Shown one piece after another: positions 7,184 to 16,055 of a stretch of 49,929 bases of DNA. Every line of letters begins with the position of its first letter. Positions within the stretch are counted from its first letter, which is position 1. Source of the DNA: a virus (taxonomy: Duplodnaviria; Caudoviricetes); the IMG/VR virus record IMGVR_UViG_3300037424_000509, positions 1-49,929 of that record; one strand, written 5' to 3'. The translations under genes were made by a program, and so were the position numbers. The notes below the pieces were generated by a model. The model worked only from the letters and a program-made list of their open reading frames with translations, had not been told where the DNA came from and searched no databases.

Positions 7184-7636
7184 TTACTTTTCTGAAATAA
7201 AAATTGATTCTTTCTGCGCCTTGAATATTTCGTCTATGACAAGTTGAATGTCGCCACCCTGCTTGCGGACTTCCTTTGCCTTTTGCCAAGAGGGTTTAAA
7301 TTCATAATTCCCGATAACGGTAGGTTGAAATCCGTGGGCCTTCATAATTCCATCAACGTCTTTTGCTTCACACCGCATTGCGCCGGACTTCCTGGTCGCG
7401 ACTAATTCACGGCCATCTATGCTTTTAAAATTCATCTTTGTCGCGTTGTCGGTCTCCATGCGCTTCAACAAGTTGGCCTCGATAATAATCTTGGCTTCCC
7501 GTAGTTGTGCCGACATGGCCATTGTAACGTCAATATACGCGGCTAGTATTTCATCCGGGAATTCCTGCGGATGCATCATGACATCCTTCAAGGACTGCCC
7601 CTGTACGCCGAAATCAATCGCAAGTAAATCGTTCAT
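7184..7636 (-). CDS. Hypothetical protein in the recombination module
   Basis: 150 aa ORF, ATGA-coupled to the upstream gene. Confidence 0.65.
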   Translation of the reverse strand: MNDLLAIDFGVQGQSLKDVMMHPQEFPDEILAAYIDVTMAMSAQLREAKIIIEANLLKRMETDNATKMNFKSIDGRELVATRKSGAMRCEAKDVDGIMKAHGFQPTVIGNYEFKPSWQKAKEVRKQGGDIQLVIDEIFKAQKESIFISEK

Positions 7637-8340
7637 GCTACTGGCCCCCTTTCATTCATTGCTTTCTGAAATATTTTATCAAGTGCCGCTTTCTGCTTAT
7701 CCGACATCGACGGAAATTTTTCATCCAACTCAATTCGGTAATCTGTCATTTCGTCAACTGTTTTATTTTTAAGAACGCTAAACACATCATTAAAATCTAG
7801 TTTATTATTTTTAATGGGTGTTATGGGTGTTATGGGTGTTCCAATTGGTTCGGCCATGTCCTCCAGGTCTTGCGTAAATATATCTGAAACTCCCGTTGCC
7901 TTTAATACGGCGGACACTAGTGCCCGCTTTTCGGCCATTTTCAAAACCACGTTGTAAACATCGGCTAAATCGGAACGTTCTTGCCCATTGACGTACCTAA
8001 ATTTCTTTTCCATTGTCGAACACGATCCGGAACCATCGCCCCAAAATTCACTTGAATTTTTCTTATACAGGCCAATGGTAATAATATATTCCCTGTGTCC
8101 GTCCGACAAGTCTCGTATGCCATTCTTTTCCGTCCTTGCGGCCAGCGAGAACATGGCCAGAATCTTTTCCGCTCCCGCCTTGTATAATGTCGGCTTTGAC
8201 GTGCCCGGTATAACGCCGTAGTGCTGGTCTTTCTCCATAACAGCATCATACAATTTTTTAACGGCCAGCACCCTATCGATTACGTTTTGGACATTATAAT
8301 CCTCTCTGACAATAATTTGATTTTCATTAGATGCATTCAT
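7633..8340 (-). CDS. Putative ssDNA-annealing/recombination protein
   Basis: HYGVIPGTSKPTLYKAGAEKI and NVVLKMAEKRALVSAVL..TGVSDIFTQDLED motifs of a widespread phage family found at the recombinase position; function is inferred. Confidence 0.55.
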   Translation of the reverse strand: MNASNENQIIVREDYNVQNVIDRVLAVKKLYDAVMEKDQHYGVIPGTSKPTLYKAGAEKILAMFSLAARTEKNGIRDLSDGHREYIITIGLYKKNSSEFWGDGSGSCSTMEKKFRYVNGQERSDLADVYNVVLKMAEKRALVSAVLKATGVSDIFTQDLEDMAEPIGTPITPITPIKNNKLDFNDVFSVLKNKTVDEMTDYRIELDEKFPSMSDKQKAALDKIFQKAMNERGPVA

Positions 8341-8465
8341 ATTTTCCCCCTGTTAAATTTTTCGTTATACATTTTTAAAAGACTATCATAATAAGAAAAT
8401 GATCTGTTAAATAAGTTATCCTGAATGAATTTAATTTCATCGACATAATCTGGAAATCTCGTCTG

Positions 8466-8678
8466 TCATGATTTCACCTTTAACGCCTTAACTATTTTTT
8501 TATTAAAGCAACTATCACATAACTCATCCATAACCTTGATGCTATAATCAGTACAAAGATGTACCTGTATTCCGCATTTACGGCAATCGAATACAAAAGT
8601 CTTTGTCTTTTGCTTTTTGTTTATTGTACCAGCTATCATATATCCACCTTCAATATTTTGCCTCATTAGTGGCTTCAT
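8466..8678 (-). CDS. Small Zn-finger protein
   Basis: CRKC...CDSC; ATGA coupling. Confidence 0.55.
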   Translation of the reverse strand: MKPLMRQNIEGGYMIAGTINKKQKTKTFVFDCRKCGIQVHLCTDYSIKVMDELCDSCFNKKIVKALKVKS

Positions 8679-8989
8679 ATTTCCCCCGTGTTTGCATATA
8701 TGTCATCTATTTCGCTTTCGTATTCTTCCCTACACTTGCCAATAATATCGTCAATACAAGCGTTTACTACATATTCCATCATCGAGTCTGGAACGTCCGC
8801 GAATTTGTCTTTTTGCGCCCTGCGGGAAATTAAAAATTTTACGCTTTTGATTTCACATTCTTCTGAATCTCCCGGATCGCTGAATCGTGGGCTATCATGG
8901 TTCTGACATGGTGGGGCCGGACGTTCCGGCGAATAGTCGGCCTCAACTTCTATGTATAGTTCAACATATGTTCTGATTTTCATTTCCAT
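8675..8989 (-). CDS. Acidic hypothetical phage protein
   Basis: 104 aa; YSPERPAPPC.NHDSPRFSDPGD. Confidence 0.65.
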   Translation of the reverse strand: MEMKIRTYVELYIEVEADYSPERPAPPCQNHDSPRFSDPGDSEECEIKSVKFLISRRAQKDKFADVPDSMMEYVVNACIDDIIGKCREEYESEIDDIYANTGEI

Positions 8990-8990
8990 T

Positions 8991-9203
8991 TCATTGCCCT
9001 TGTTTTTCTTTCAGTAAAGCGTCATGTATTATTATTTTCTTCCCCGTTGTCCAATTTCTTTTATCGTTCATCCACATGCTCACATCAGATACCGGGCGAG
9101 CTATTATTTCAGACGATTTTGAAACACCGAAATAACGGATCAGCTCATATAGATCATCATCAAGATTTTTCAACAGTTCCTTATAGTACATATTTCCCTT
9201 CAC
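8991..9203 (-). CDS. Small HTH-like (Cro-like) regulator
   Basis: GVSKSSEIIARPVSDVSMWMN resembles an XRE-type HTH; first gene after the leftward promoter. Confidence 0.45.
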   Translation of the reverse strand: MKGNMYYKELLKNLDDDLYELIRYFGVSKSSEIIARPVSDVSMWMNDKRNWTTGKKIIIHDALLKEKQGQ

Positions 9204-9212
9204 TGATTATTC

Positions 9213-9241
9213 ATAATAACAACAAGGCGAAATTATGTCAA
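9213..9241 (-). promoter_or_regulatory. Sigma70-type leftward promoter
   Basis: TTGACA (9241-9236), 17 nt, TATTAT (9218-9213). Confidence 0.75.
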
Positions 9242-9272
9242 GTTTTATTTATCAAAAAATAGAAAATAATTC

Positions 9273-9301
9273 TTGACTTTTTTCCCGATAATATATACTA
9301 T
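9273..9301 (+). promoter_or_regulatory. Sigma70-type rightward promoter
   Basis: TTGACT (9273-9278), 17 nt, TACTAT (9296-9301). Confidence 0.65.
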
Positions 9302-9361
9302 TATCGTAAATAATGGGGATGTATTTGCTTGAATTAAAATTAAATATATAAGGGGGAGAAT

Positions 9362-9565
9362 ATGAAAAATATATTGCTGTCTATTATGCTATTATCGGGG
9401 ACTTTCTGGATAGGATGTGACAATGAAAGTCGTCTTGCACCAGCATTGCTGCAATATGTTTCTGGAAAATGTCAAGAAGGACAAATCCGGTGTGACGGGG
9501 TATTATTTGAAACCTGCCAACAGACTGTGTGGATTTGGCATGGCGGATATTGCCCGGCCCCATAG
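9362..9565 (+). CDS. Small Cys-rich predicted lipoprotein
   Basis: GGGGGAG RBS; MKNILLSIMLLSGTFWIG-C signal/lipobox-like; four further Cys. Confidence 0.65.
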   Translation: MKNILLSIMLLSGTFWIGCDNESRLAPALLQYVSGKCQEGQIRCDGVLFETCQQTVWIWHGGYCPAP

Positions 9566-9617
9566 ACCCCCATGAACATGCCCTCCTGAGCAGTATATAG
9601 GCATTGTAGAGACATAA

Positions 9618-9764
9618 TCACGACCTTCTTATTAACTCAATAAGGCCATTAACTTGTTCGGGGGTTGGTTTCTTTCGTGGTTTGGTTGGGTCATAATCAT
9701 ATTCGTCTGGCGGGGTTCGCTTTCCGAATATTTCTTCAAGTTTCTTTTCTTGTTCGAGGGTCAT
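9618..9764 (-). CDS. Small hypothetical protein
   Basis: MTLEQEKKLEEIFGKRTPPDEY...; ORF track extends it to 9800. Confidence 0.45.
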   Translation of the reverse strand: MTLEQEKKLEEIFGKRTPPDEYDYDPTKPRKKPTPEQVNGLIELIRRS

Positions 9765-9774
9765 GATTATTTGC

Positions 9775-10104
9775 TCATAATTTCTGAAGTCTAATAACAT
9801 CCATATTCAATCTTGAAGCTAACTCACTTAATTTCAATGTCATGTAATAAGATTTCGTTATTTCAAAAACTGTTTTAATCACGTCATACGCTTTTGAAAT
9901 AGAAAGCGCATTATCTATTATCTGTTGTGCGAGCTCAAATTGTTTATTGATTTTTTCTTGTTTCGTTTTTGCATTTTGCGAAATAATGATATTTAATTTG
10001 ACGGCATCCATTTGTGGTATCGCATAAAGAATAAAAGTATTTATTATAATATCGGCCTTAATCTTTTTATAGTTTCTATAAATTTTAAATGGGTTGAGTG
10101 TCAT
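9775..10104 (-). CDS. Hypothetical protein
   Basis: 109 aa ORF. Confidence 0.55.
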   Translation of the reverse strand: MTLNPFKIYRNYKKIKADIIINTFILYAIPQMDAVKLNIIISQNAKTKQEKINKQFELAQQIIDNALSISKAYDVIKTVFEITKSYYMTLKLSELASRLNMDVIRLQKL

Positions 10105-10270
10105 GATTTTAAATTAAACCCCGCCGGTTTCTTGTCAATTATAAAATATTGTTGACAATAAAAAAATATCCCGGCCCAGACTAGTCGTCTGTATCGCCAT
10201 ATACGACATAATCTTATAAATTAGTAGTGTCTAACAAATCGAAAAAAAATAAAAAAAGTTGAAAATATAC

Positions 10271-10299
10271 TTGACAAATACGTCATGGGGTATTATATT
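10271..10299 (+). promoter_or_regulatory. Sigma70-type promoter of the plus-strand module
   Basis: TTGACA (10271-10276), 17 nt, TATATT (10294-10299), with an A-tract upstream. Confidence 0.7.
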
Positions 10300-10359
10300 A
10301 CTTACATAGAGAAAAACAAATCAACGGCGTCGCGGCCTTAACGCGAGGAGAAAAAGAAA

Positions 10360-10584
10360 ATGTTGACACAATATGCAATCAAGCAATCAAAAGAATTCAG
10401 CGAAGAATTGAAAACTGTTTGTGGCGGGAAACCGGAAATAATAAAAAAGCTTCGGACGGCAATGTCAGTTTTCCAAAATGATATTCCTGAAAAATCCATT
10501 AAGGCCGGCGACATATCCATCTATATTGAATCTGGGGATGAGTTCGAGATGGTTGTAAAAAAATATGCTTATTTGAATAATTAA
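10360..10584 (+). CDS. Hypothetical protein
   Basis: GAGGAG RBS, 74 aa. Confidence 0.6.
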   Translation: MLTQYAIKQSKEFSEELKTVCGGKPEIIKKLRTAMSVFQNDIPEKSIKAGDISIYIESGDEFEMVVKKYAYLNN

Positions 10585-10602
10585 TAAAATAAGGAGAGAA
10601 AC

Positions 10603-10791
10603 ATGAAAATGAATTATGTTATAATGTATGAAGGAGAATATGGTATTAAAACATCATACCATCATTGGGAAAGTGATAGTAATCCATTTAGATATTTAAA
10701 AATAATAGCTGAAAAAATTTGCGAAAAATTAAATAAAACTGCAAATGTTAAATATTTCGCGGCTCATGAATCAATTCTTGATATAAAATAA
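10603..10791 (+). CDS. Hypothetical protein
   Basis: AAGGAG RBS, 62 aa. Confidence 0.6.
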   Translation: MKMNYVIMYEGEYGIKTSYHHWESDSNPFRYLKIIAEKICEKLNKTANVKYFAAHESILDIK

Positions 10792-12075
10792 ATGCCAAAA
10801 TTAAATTTAGGAATAAATATTTTAACCGCCGCCCAGGAAAGGATTAAATATACATTTGATAATTTTGAAAATATATATGTTTCCTTTTCTGGCGGAAAAG
10901 ATTCTTCTGTCATGACTCACCTCGTCATGGATGAAGCAATTAAAAGAAATCGAAAAGTTGGATTGTTATTTATTGATCTCGAAGCTCAATATCAATTAAC
11001 AATTAAACACGTCAAAGAAACATATGAATTATATAAAGATCATATCATTCCCTTCTGGTGTTCGATCCCCATATCATTAAGCAATGCCGTTTCTGTTTAT
11101 GAACCACGCTGGATATGCTGGGAACCAAATAAAGAATGGGTCCGCCAACCGGATGAATTAAGTATAATAGATACAAACATTTTCCCATTTTATAAATATG
11201 CAATGGAGTTTGAGGAGTTCGCGCCGCTATTCGGAAAATGGTTTTCTGGTGATGAACGGACGGCGTGTTTTGTAGGAATACGCGCCGACGAATCGCTGAA
11301 TAGATATCGGACAATCAAGTTTGAACATAAAGGCATGTATAATGGTAAGCAATGGACAACACTCGTTGACGATAATCTCTATAACGCATATCCAATTTAT
11401 GACTGGCAAACTGCTGATATTTGGAGATATAACGGAAAGTTTTTTAAGCCATATAATAAAATTTATGACTTAATGAACAAGGCGGGAATATCAATTCATC
11501 AGGCACGACTTTGTCAACCGTATGGATTTGACCAACGAAAAGGGTTGTGGCTTTTCCACGTTCTTGAACCAGAAACTTGGTCAAAAATTGTTGGCCGTGT
11601 TAATGGTGCGAATAGTGGATCCGAATTTGTTCAGTACAGCGGCAATATATCGGGCCAGATCAAAATAACAAAACCAGCAGGCCATTCATGGGAATCGTTT
11701 GCAAAATTATTATTGCAAAGTATGCCCAAAGAATTGGCCGATCATTATGACGATAAGATATGTCAATTTATAAGTTGGTGGCATAGTAAGGGTATCTGGT
11801 ATGATGAGAATGGTGATTTTCATTTGTGTGGTGGACATTATGGGCAAACGATACCCGATGAGGCACCAACAAAACTTGAAGCGGAAAAGAAAGCCCCATC
11901 ATGGCGTAGAATTTGCAAAGCATTATTAAGAAACGATTATTGGTGCAAAGGGCTTTCGTTCGCTCAAACTAATTCACATTCATATCAACGATATAAAGAA
12001 ATGATGAAAAAAAGAAAAAATGTAAGGGGACATGTTCCATTATGGATTTTAAAAAACATCCCGTTTCAAAAGTAA
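10792..12075 (+). CDS. PAPS-reductase-like PP-loop protein with DUF3440 C-terminus (IbrA/YbdN family)
   Basis: VSFSGGKDS PP-loop, FIDLEAQY, VGIRADESLNRY, YPIYDW, RLCQPYG, PSWRRICKALLRNDYWC. Confidence 0.9.
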   Translation: MPKLNLGINILTAAQERIKYTFDNFENIYVSFSGGKDSSVMTHLVMDEAIKRNRKVGLLFIDLEAQYQLTIKHVKETYELYKDHIIPFWCSIPISLSNAVSVYEPRWICWEPNKEWVRQPDELSIIDTNIFPFYKYAMEFEEFAPLFGKWFSGDERTACFVGIRADESLNRYRTIKFEHKGMYNGKQWTTLVDDNLYNAYPIYDWQTADIWRYNGKFFKPYNKIYDLMNKAGISIHQARLCQPYGFDQRKGLWLFHVLEPETWSKIVGRVNGANSGSEFVQYSGNISGQIKITKPAGHSWESFAKLLLQSMPKELADHYDDKICQFISWWHSKGIWYDENGDFHLCGGHYGQTIPDEAPTKLEAEKKAPSWRRICKALLRNDYWCKGLSFAQTNSHSYQRYKEMMKKRKNVRGHVPLWILKNIPFQK

Positions 12076-12536
12076 TATGGATTGAAGTAGAAAAGATTTT
12101 TTCAAATGATTATAATCCGAATAAAGTAGCTCAACCTGAAATGAAATTACTTGAAGTATCAATTCAGGAAGATGGATTTACGCAACCTATTGTCGTATGG
12201 GAAGTCGAGGACGGGTATGAAGTCGTTGATGGATTCCACAGACATCTTGTCGGTAAAAAACTTGGATTTACTCATCTTCCGATTGTTATAATAAATAAAG
12301 ATCGTCTTGATCGCGGGGACAGAATAGCATCAACCATAAGGCATAATCGAGCACGAGGAAAACATCAAATCGCAGCCATGAGTGATATTGTCGTTGAATT
12401 ATCACGCCGAAATTGGAGCGATAAAAGAATTTCAAAAGAACTCGGCATGGATGCGGATGAAATTTTGAGACTTAAACAGATAACCGGATTAGCGGAATTA
12501 TTTGCAACAGAAGAATTTTCAGAGGCATGGGAATGA
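12042..12536 (+). CDS. ParB/sulfiredoxin-like protein (IbrB/YbdM family)
   Basis: NDYNPNKVA.PEM.LL..SI.EDGFTQPIV, VVDGFHR, ASTIRHNRARGKH, C-terminal HTH. Confidence 0.9.
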   Translation: MDFKKHPVSKVIWIEVEKIFSNDYNPNKVAQPEMKLLEVSIQEDGFTQPIVVWEVEDGYEVVDGFHRHLVGKKLGFTHLPIVIINKDRLDRGDRIASTIRHNRARGKHQIAAMSDIVVELSRRNWSDKRISKELGMDADEILRLKQITGLAELFATEEFSEAWE

Positions 12537-12730
12537 ACCTAAAACAATCAGAAAAAATAATATCTGATATCCAGCAATGGTATGTCTCAGAAATTCACAG
12601 GGCCGCTGAAAAAGTTGGCGGCCTTGAGAGACTCTCGGAATCAATCGGGATGTCAAAATCAGGGGTTTCGCAAGTTTTACACCGGGGGGCATTCTCGGCG
12701 TTAAGACGCATAGTAAAAAAAATACATTGA
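12533..12730 (+). CDS. Small HTH protein
   Basis: GGLERLSESIGMSKSGVSQVL; ATGA-coupled to the ParB-like gene. Confidence 0.6.
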   Translation: MNLKQSEKIISDIQQWYVSEIHRAAEKVGGLERLSESIGMSKSGVSQVLHRGAFSALRRIVKKIH

Positions 12731-12739
12731 TTTGAGAGA

Positions 12740-13231
12740 CTATAAAAATCGCATTTGAGCACCAACCAAAGGGCCAACATCATAGACATTTCCATCCATG
12801 AATGTCACCATTGCCCCGCCACCAATTCCCACATGGCCCCATGAATAGAAATATAATCCCTCCAAGGTATGTCTAAATTGTTTCGCCTCAATATTATAAA
12901 TATAGCCATATAATAATTGAATTGTATGGTGATATGTGGGTTGTTTGGGGAAGACCAGGGGAAAGTCTTGTTTCGTCCGTTTATAATTCCCAATAAATGC
13001 TTCGATATGAAATAAATTACTTTTCTGCTTTGCTATTATTTCAATATCACGCTTTAAAAAATCTTTAATTTGATCTTGATTTTTAGGTGGATTATTTTCA
13101 TGTTCCGGCGGATTTGGTTCTTGAATTGCTTCGGGACATTTAAAAATTTTATACGCTATTCCCCCTCCACTAACCGCGCCAATTGCAATACCTACGGCAA
13201 GGCAAATTAAAACAATCTTCCATGTACTCAT
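12740..13231 (-). CDS. Membrane-anchored protein with C-terminal amphipathic beta strands (possible spanin-like lysis protein)
   Basis: AGGAGG RBS before ATG 13231; N-terminal TM helix; ends ...DVGPLVGAQMRFL; function is inferred. Confidence 0.5.
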   Translation of the reverse strand: MSTWKIVLICLAVGIAIGAVSGGGIAYKIFKCPEAIQEPNPPEHENNPPKNQDQIKDFLKRDIEIIAKQKSNLFHIEAFIGNYKRTKQDFPLVFPKQPTYHHTIQLLYGYIYNIEAKQFRHTLEGLYFYSWGHVGIGGGAMVTFMDGNVYDVGPLVGAQMRFL

Positions 13232-13238
13232 AATCCTC

Positions 13239-13340
13239 CTACATATTGTCTCTAAGCCATTTATTTGCGCGGTCACAGGCAATAGAAAATAAAATTATTG
13301 CACAAATAACCGCAGATAAAACGATTAAACACAATACCAT
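13239..13340 (-). CDS. Tiny membrane peptide (33 aa)
   Basis: MVLCLIVLSAVICAIILFSIACDRANKWLRDNM*. Confidence 0.4.
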   Translation of the reverse strand: MVLCLIVLSAVICAIILFSIACDRANKWLRDNM

Positions 13341-13350
13341 TAATGTGTTC

Positions 13351-13518
13351 TTAAAATACACCATTGCATTTTAGTATGAGAGCCGAGGCCACAATCATGG
13401 GAATGAGCAAAAATAAAACAAGTGCCCTAACTTTTATTTTCTTAACCGGCCCAACGCCTTCAATTTCTATTTTATCGCAAAAGACGTAGATAATTTTTTG
13501 GCGTAATGTTTCTTTCAT
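13351..13518 (-). CDS. Small membrane protein (55 aa)
   Basis: MKETLRQK...RALVLFLLIPMIVASALIL; ATGA-coupled. Confidence 0.5.
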   Translation of the reverse strand: MKETLRQKIIYVFCDKIEIEGVGPVKKIKVRALVLFLLIPMIVASALILKCNGVF

Positions 13519-13670
13519 TTCAGAGAAACCAACCAAAAAATAAACGACAATAATAGTCCCAGTCCCACACCAGACGCACCATAGATGCATAGAAACACTA
13601 CGGCGACCTTCATGGTTCCAGGGCCCCCAGCCTTGACCAGGGCATAGATAACTTTTAATTGTGCTAACAT
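13515..13670 (-). CDS. Small membrane protein (51 aa, holin-like size)
   Basis: AAGGAG RBS; MLAQLKVIYALVKAGGPGTMKVAVVFLCIYGASGVGLGLLLSFIFWLVSLK*. Confidence 0.5.
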   Translation of the reverse strand: MLAQLKVIYALVKAGGPGTMKVAVVFLCIYGASGVGLGLLLSFIFWLVSLK

Positions 13671-13681
13671 TTTTTTACTCC

Positions 13682-15352
13682 TTATCTTAAAGTTGTTAAT
13701 GCTACCGATGCCGTTGCCGGCACGGTAATATTCTGTTGAATTTCAAGATCGCCGATCTTTAATTGTGCCGTTGCGCCTTTCACCAGATCAACATACCATA
13801 ATCCGGTAGCCGTTGCATATGTGCCTGTTTGCTCGTCATTTGAATAAAAACTGGTGCCATCGTCGTGCGGCATCCCCGTAATTCTGGCAGTTCCAACACA
13901 ACCATTGAGAATTGTACCAGCACTATTTTTTGCATACATATAAACACGGCATAAATCTGCCGCCGCCGGTGTTCCCACTACCCAGGCAGTGCCCGTATAT
14001 GTTGCGGAAGCGGGTGCGGCTACCGTTAAAGTATGATTTGAGAACGTATATCCGGCCTTCAACATTCTTATAACATAATTTGCCGAATCAAGATTTGTAC
14101 TCATGTGCCCGCCCGCGTCAGTATCGTCTTTTGTCACGAATACGGCATTCGCGTTATCCCATACTTCTACATCAACATCAGGTATGGCTGCCGCTGCCGC
14201 ATCTATGACGGTAATTGTAATGGCATTGGCTCCGGCTCCGCCACCTCCCGTGATCCAGGCCACATCACCCCGGTCTCGGACGGCTTCCAGGCTATCCGTA
14301 GATGGGGCGAAAGTGCCTATTGCCGTTGATAAAGTATAAGCCTTGCTCATTATTCCTTTTAATTTATCAATCATATCAGTCTGATTGGCAAGGGTGGCGT
14401 CGCCGCCCGTAACGGACGCGGCGACCATATGCCCGATTGGATCATAACCAGTGTCCGCGAAGTCCTTTAGGTCTGCCGCTGATGCTGTCGACGCCTGTAG
14501 TGCGTCAACATTTACTTTTTGTAGGATAGTCCCGCCCACATAACCGGTGCCATTAAAGGCATTGGCAAGATTAACGGCCGTTGAAGTAACGCCGCCGACA
14601 CTTGTTATATTAGCAAAATTAACGACATGGGCAGTAGGTTCATATCCATTATCCGAGAAATCTTTAAGGTCTGCTGCCGAGGCCGTGGATGCTTGCAATG
14701 CATCAACATTTACCTTTTGAAGTATTGTGCCACCGACATATCCCGTACCATTATAAGCCGCACCAAGATTTACAGCCGTGGCCGTAGCCCCCCTAATTGA
14801 ATCAATATCAACTTTCGGTATTATGATACCACCAATATATCCGGTTCCATCATAAGCGGATTTTAGATTGGCGGCTGTTGCCGTGGCACCACGGATAGAA
14901 TCAATATCAACCTTTGGAATAATGACACCACCGATATAGCCAGTACCATCGTAGGCTAATTCAAGATTATCGGCTGCTGCCGTATCACCTGAAATTGATT
15001 CAATATTTACATTGTGAAGTGTGGTTGAATATTTAGAATCGTAATACCCGGCATCGACAATCATGAAATCTCGATAAATAGGGAGACATGCGGAATCATC
15101 GTTAATAACAACGGTTAACGGCCCCTTCGCGTCACATTCTGCTGCTGCCAAAGTAAGCAAATACCATCCGTCACAATTTGCAATCGCCGTTAATGTTCCG
15201 CTTATCGCCTGTGTTCCAGTAGTTCCCCATTTTAGAATTTCAGCTTCGTCAGCGGCATCAATTGTTAGATTAGTAACTGGTGTAACTCCGGTACTATTAA
15301 CAACAACACCAATTCTAATTATATTTATTGTATTATATTTAATTTCTTGCAT
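13682..15352 (-). CDS. Putative virion surface/structural protein with ~33-aa internal repeats and Ig-like C-terminus
   Basis: Repeats SI.G.TA.A.NL..AY(D/N)GTGY(I/V)GG.I..KV(D/N); carboxypeptidase-regulatory-like segment AIPDVDVEVWD...TDAGG...YVIRMLKAGYTF. Confidence 0.6.
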   Translation of the reverse strand: MQEIKYNTINIIRIGVVVNSTGVTPVTNLTIDAADEAEILKWGTTGTQAISGTLTAIANCDGWYLLTLAAAECDAKGPLTVVINDDSACLPIYRDFMIVDAGYYDSKYSTTLHNVNIESISGDTAAADNLELAYDGTGYIGGVIIPKVDIDSIRGATATAANLKSAYDGTGYIGGIIIPKVDIDSIRGATATAVNLGAAYNGTGYVGGTILQKVNVDALQASTASAADLKDFSDNGYEPTAHVVNFANITSVGGVTSTAVNLANAFNGTGYVGGTILQKVNVDALQASTASAADLKDFADTGYDPIGHMVAASVTGGDATLANQTDMIDKLKGIMSKAYTLSTAIGTFAPSTDSLEAVRDRGDVAWITGGGGAGANAITITVIDAAAAAIPDVDVEVWDNANAVFVTKDDTDAGGHMSTNLDSANYVIRMLKAGYTFSNHTLTVAAPASATYTGTAWVVGTPAAADLCRVYMYAKNSAGTILNGCVGTARITGMPHDDGTSFYSNDEQTGTYATATGLWYVDLVKGATAQLKIGDLEIQQNITVPATASVALTTLR

Positions 15353-15353
15353 G

Positions 15354-16055
15354 TTAATGCCTCATTTGATTGTGATAATATGATAATGTTCCCATGGCCG
15401 TACCACCTGCTGCTCCCGCCGTATATGTAAAAGTCAAATAGGGTCTTTGTCCATCAGCATGTTCAGACGATGCAAAACGCGTCCAATATTCCCCACCAAC
15501 ACCATCAGACCTGTACATAAGCCATCCATCATTTCCAACAATAGCGTTCTTCATGTTTTGCACATCTGCCGCTAATTGTGCAGATGTGAAATCACACCAC
15601 CTAGGTGTATTGTCAAATGCAGCGGTATATGTTGCCGTCATGGTCGACGATCTATCATTATCATCACTTCCAGCACCACCCGATGTCCATATAGAAGGAT
15701 AAGCGTAGCAATTCCATGAGCACTCACCTGCTGTCGCGTCTTCTCCATTATGAACCCCTTGCCCCCACGCTCGCAATAATCTTTTCAGGGAAAAGGTTCT
15801 ACCGCCAATCGCATAAGCATCAAACCAAATCGAAAATGTTGCAGCTGATACATTTATTGCGCCTGAAATATTTGTTATTCCCGTAAATCTAATACATTCC
15901 TTAACGATTTGCGTCGAGCTATTTTCATCATATACAAATGCGTCAGGGCTTGTTCCATAATTATCTGCTTCATGGCCACCCTCCACAACAAGCGTTGAGT
16001 CTTCTGTACCAGAAAAATCATTTCCGGTGTTATTTCCAATTACAACAGTGGGCAT
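15354..16055 (-). CDS. DNRLRE/CBM96-like domain protein
   Basis: EDSTL...DNYG, IRF, VSAATFSI, W...SWN...WTSGGA, GWLM, FASSE...RPYLTFTY pattern. Confidence 0.7.
   Translation of the reverse strand: MPTVVIGNNTGNDFSGTEDSTLVVEGGHEADNYGTSPDAFVYDENSSTQIVKECIRFTGITNISGAINVSAATFSIWFDAYAIGGRTFSLKRLLRAWGQGVHNGEDATAGECSWNCYAYPSIWTSGGAGSDDNDRSSTMTATYTAAFDNTPRWCDFTSAQLAADVQNMKNAIVGNDGWLMYRSDGVGGEYWTRFASSEHADGQRPYLTFTYTAGAAGGTAMGTLSYYHNQMRH

Noticed and set aside
7020-7289. 89-aa ORF upstream of the initiator
   Set aside because: Overlaps 7184..7636 out of frame and covers the structured leader; a short leader peptide cannot be excluded but is unsupported
10132-10210. ttgtcaa/ttgacaa inverted repeat and a gtcgt/acgac hairpin as att site or ncRNA
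   Set aside because: Short and imperfect; explainable as divergent -35 elements or an operator, with no partner site or integrase seen
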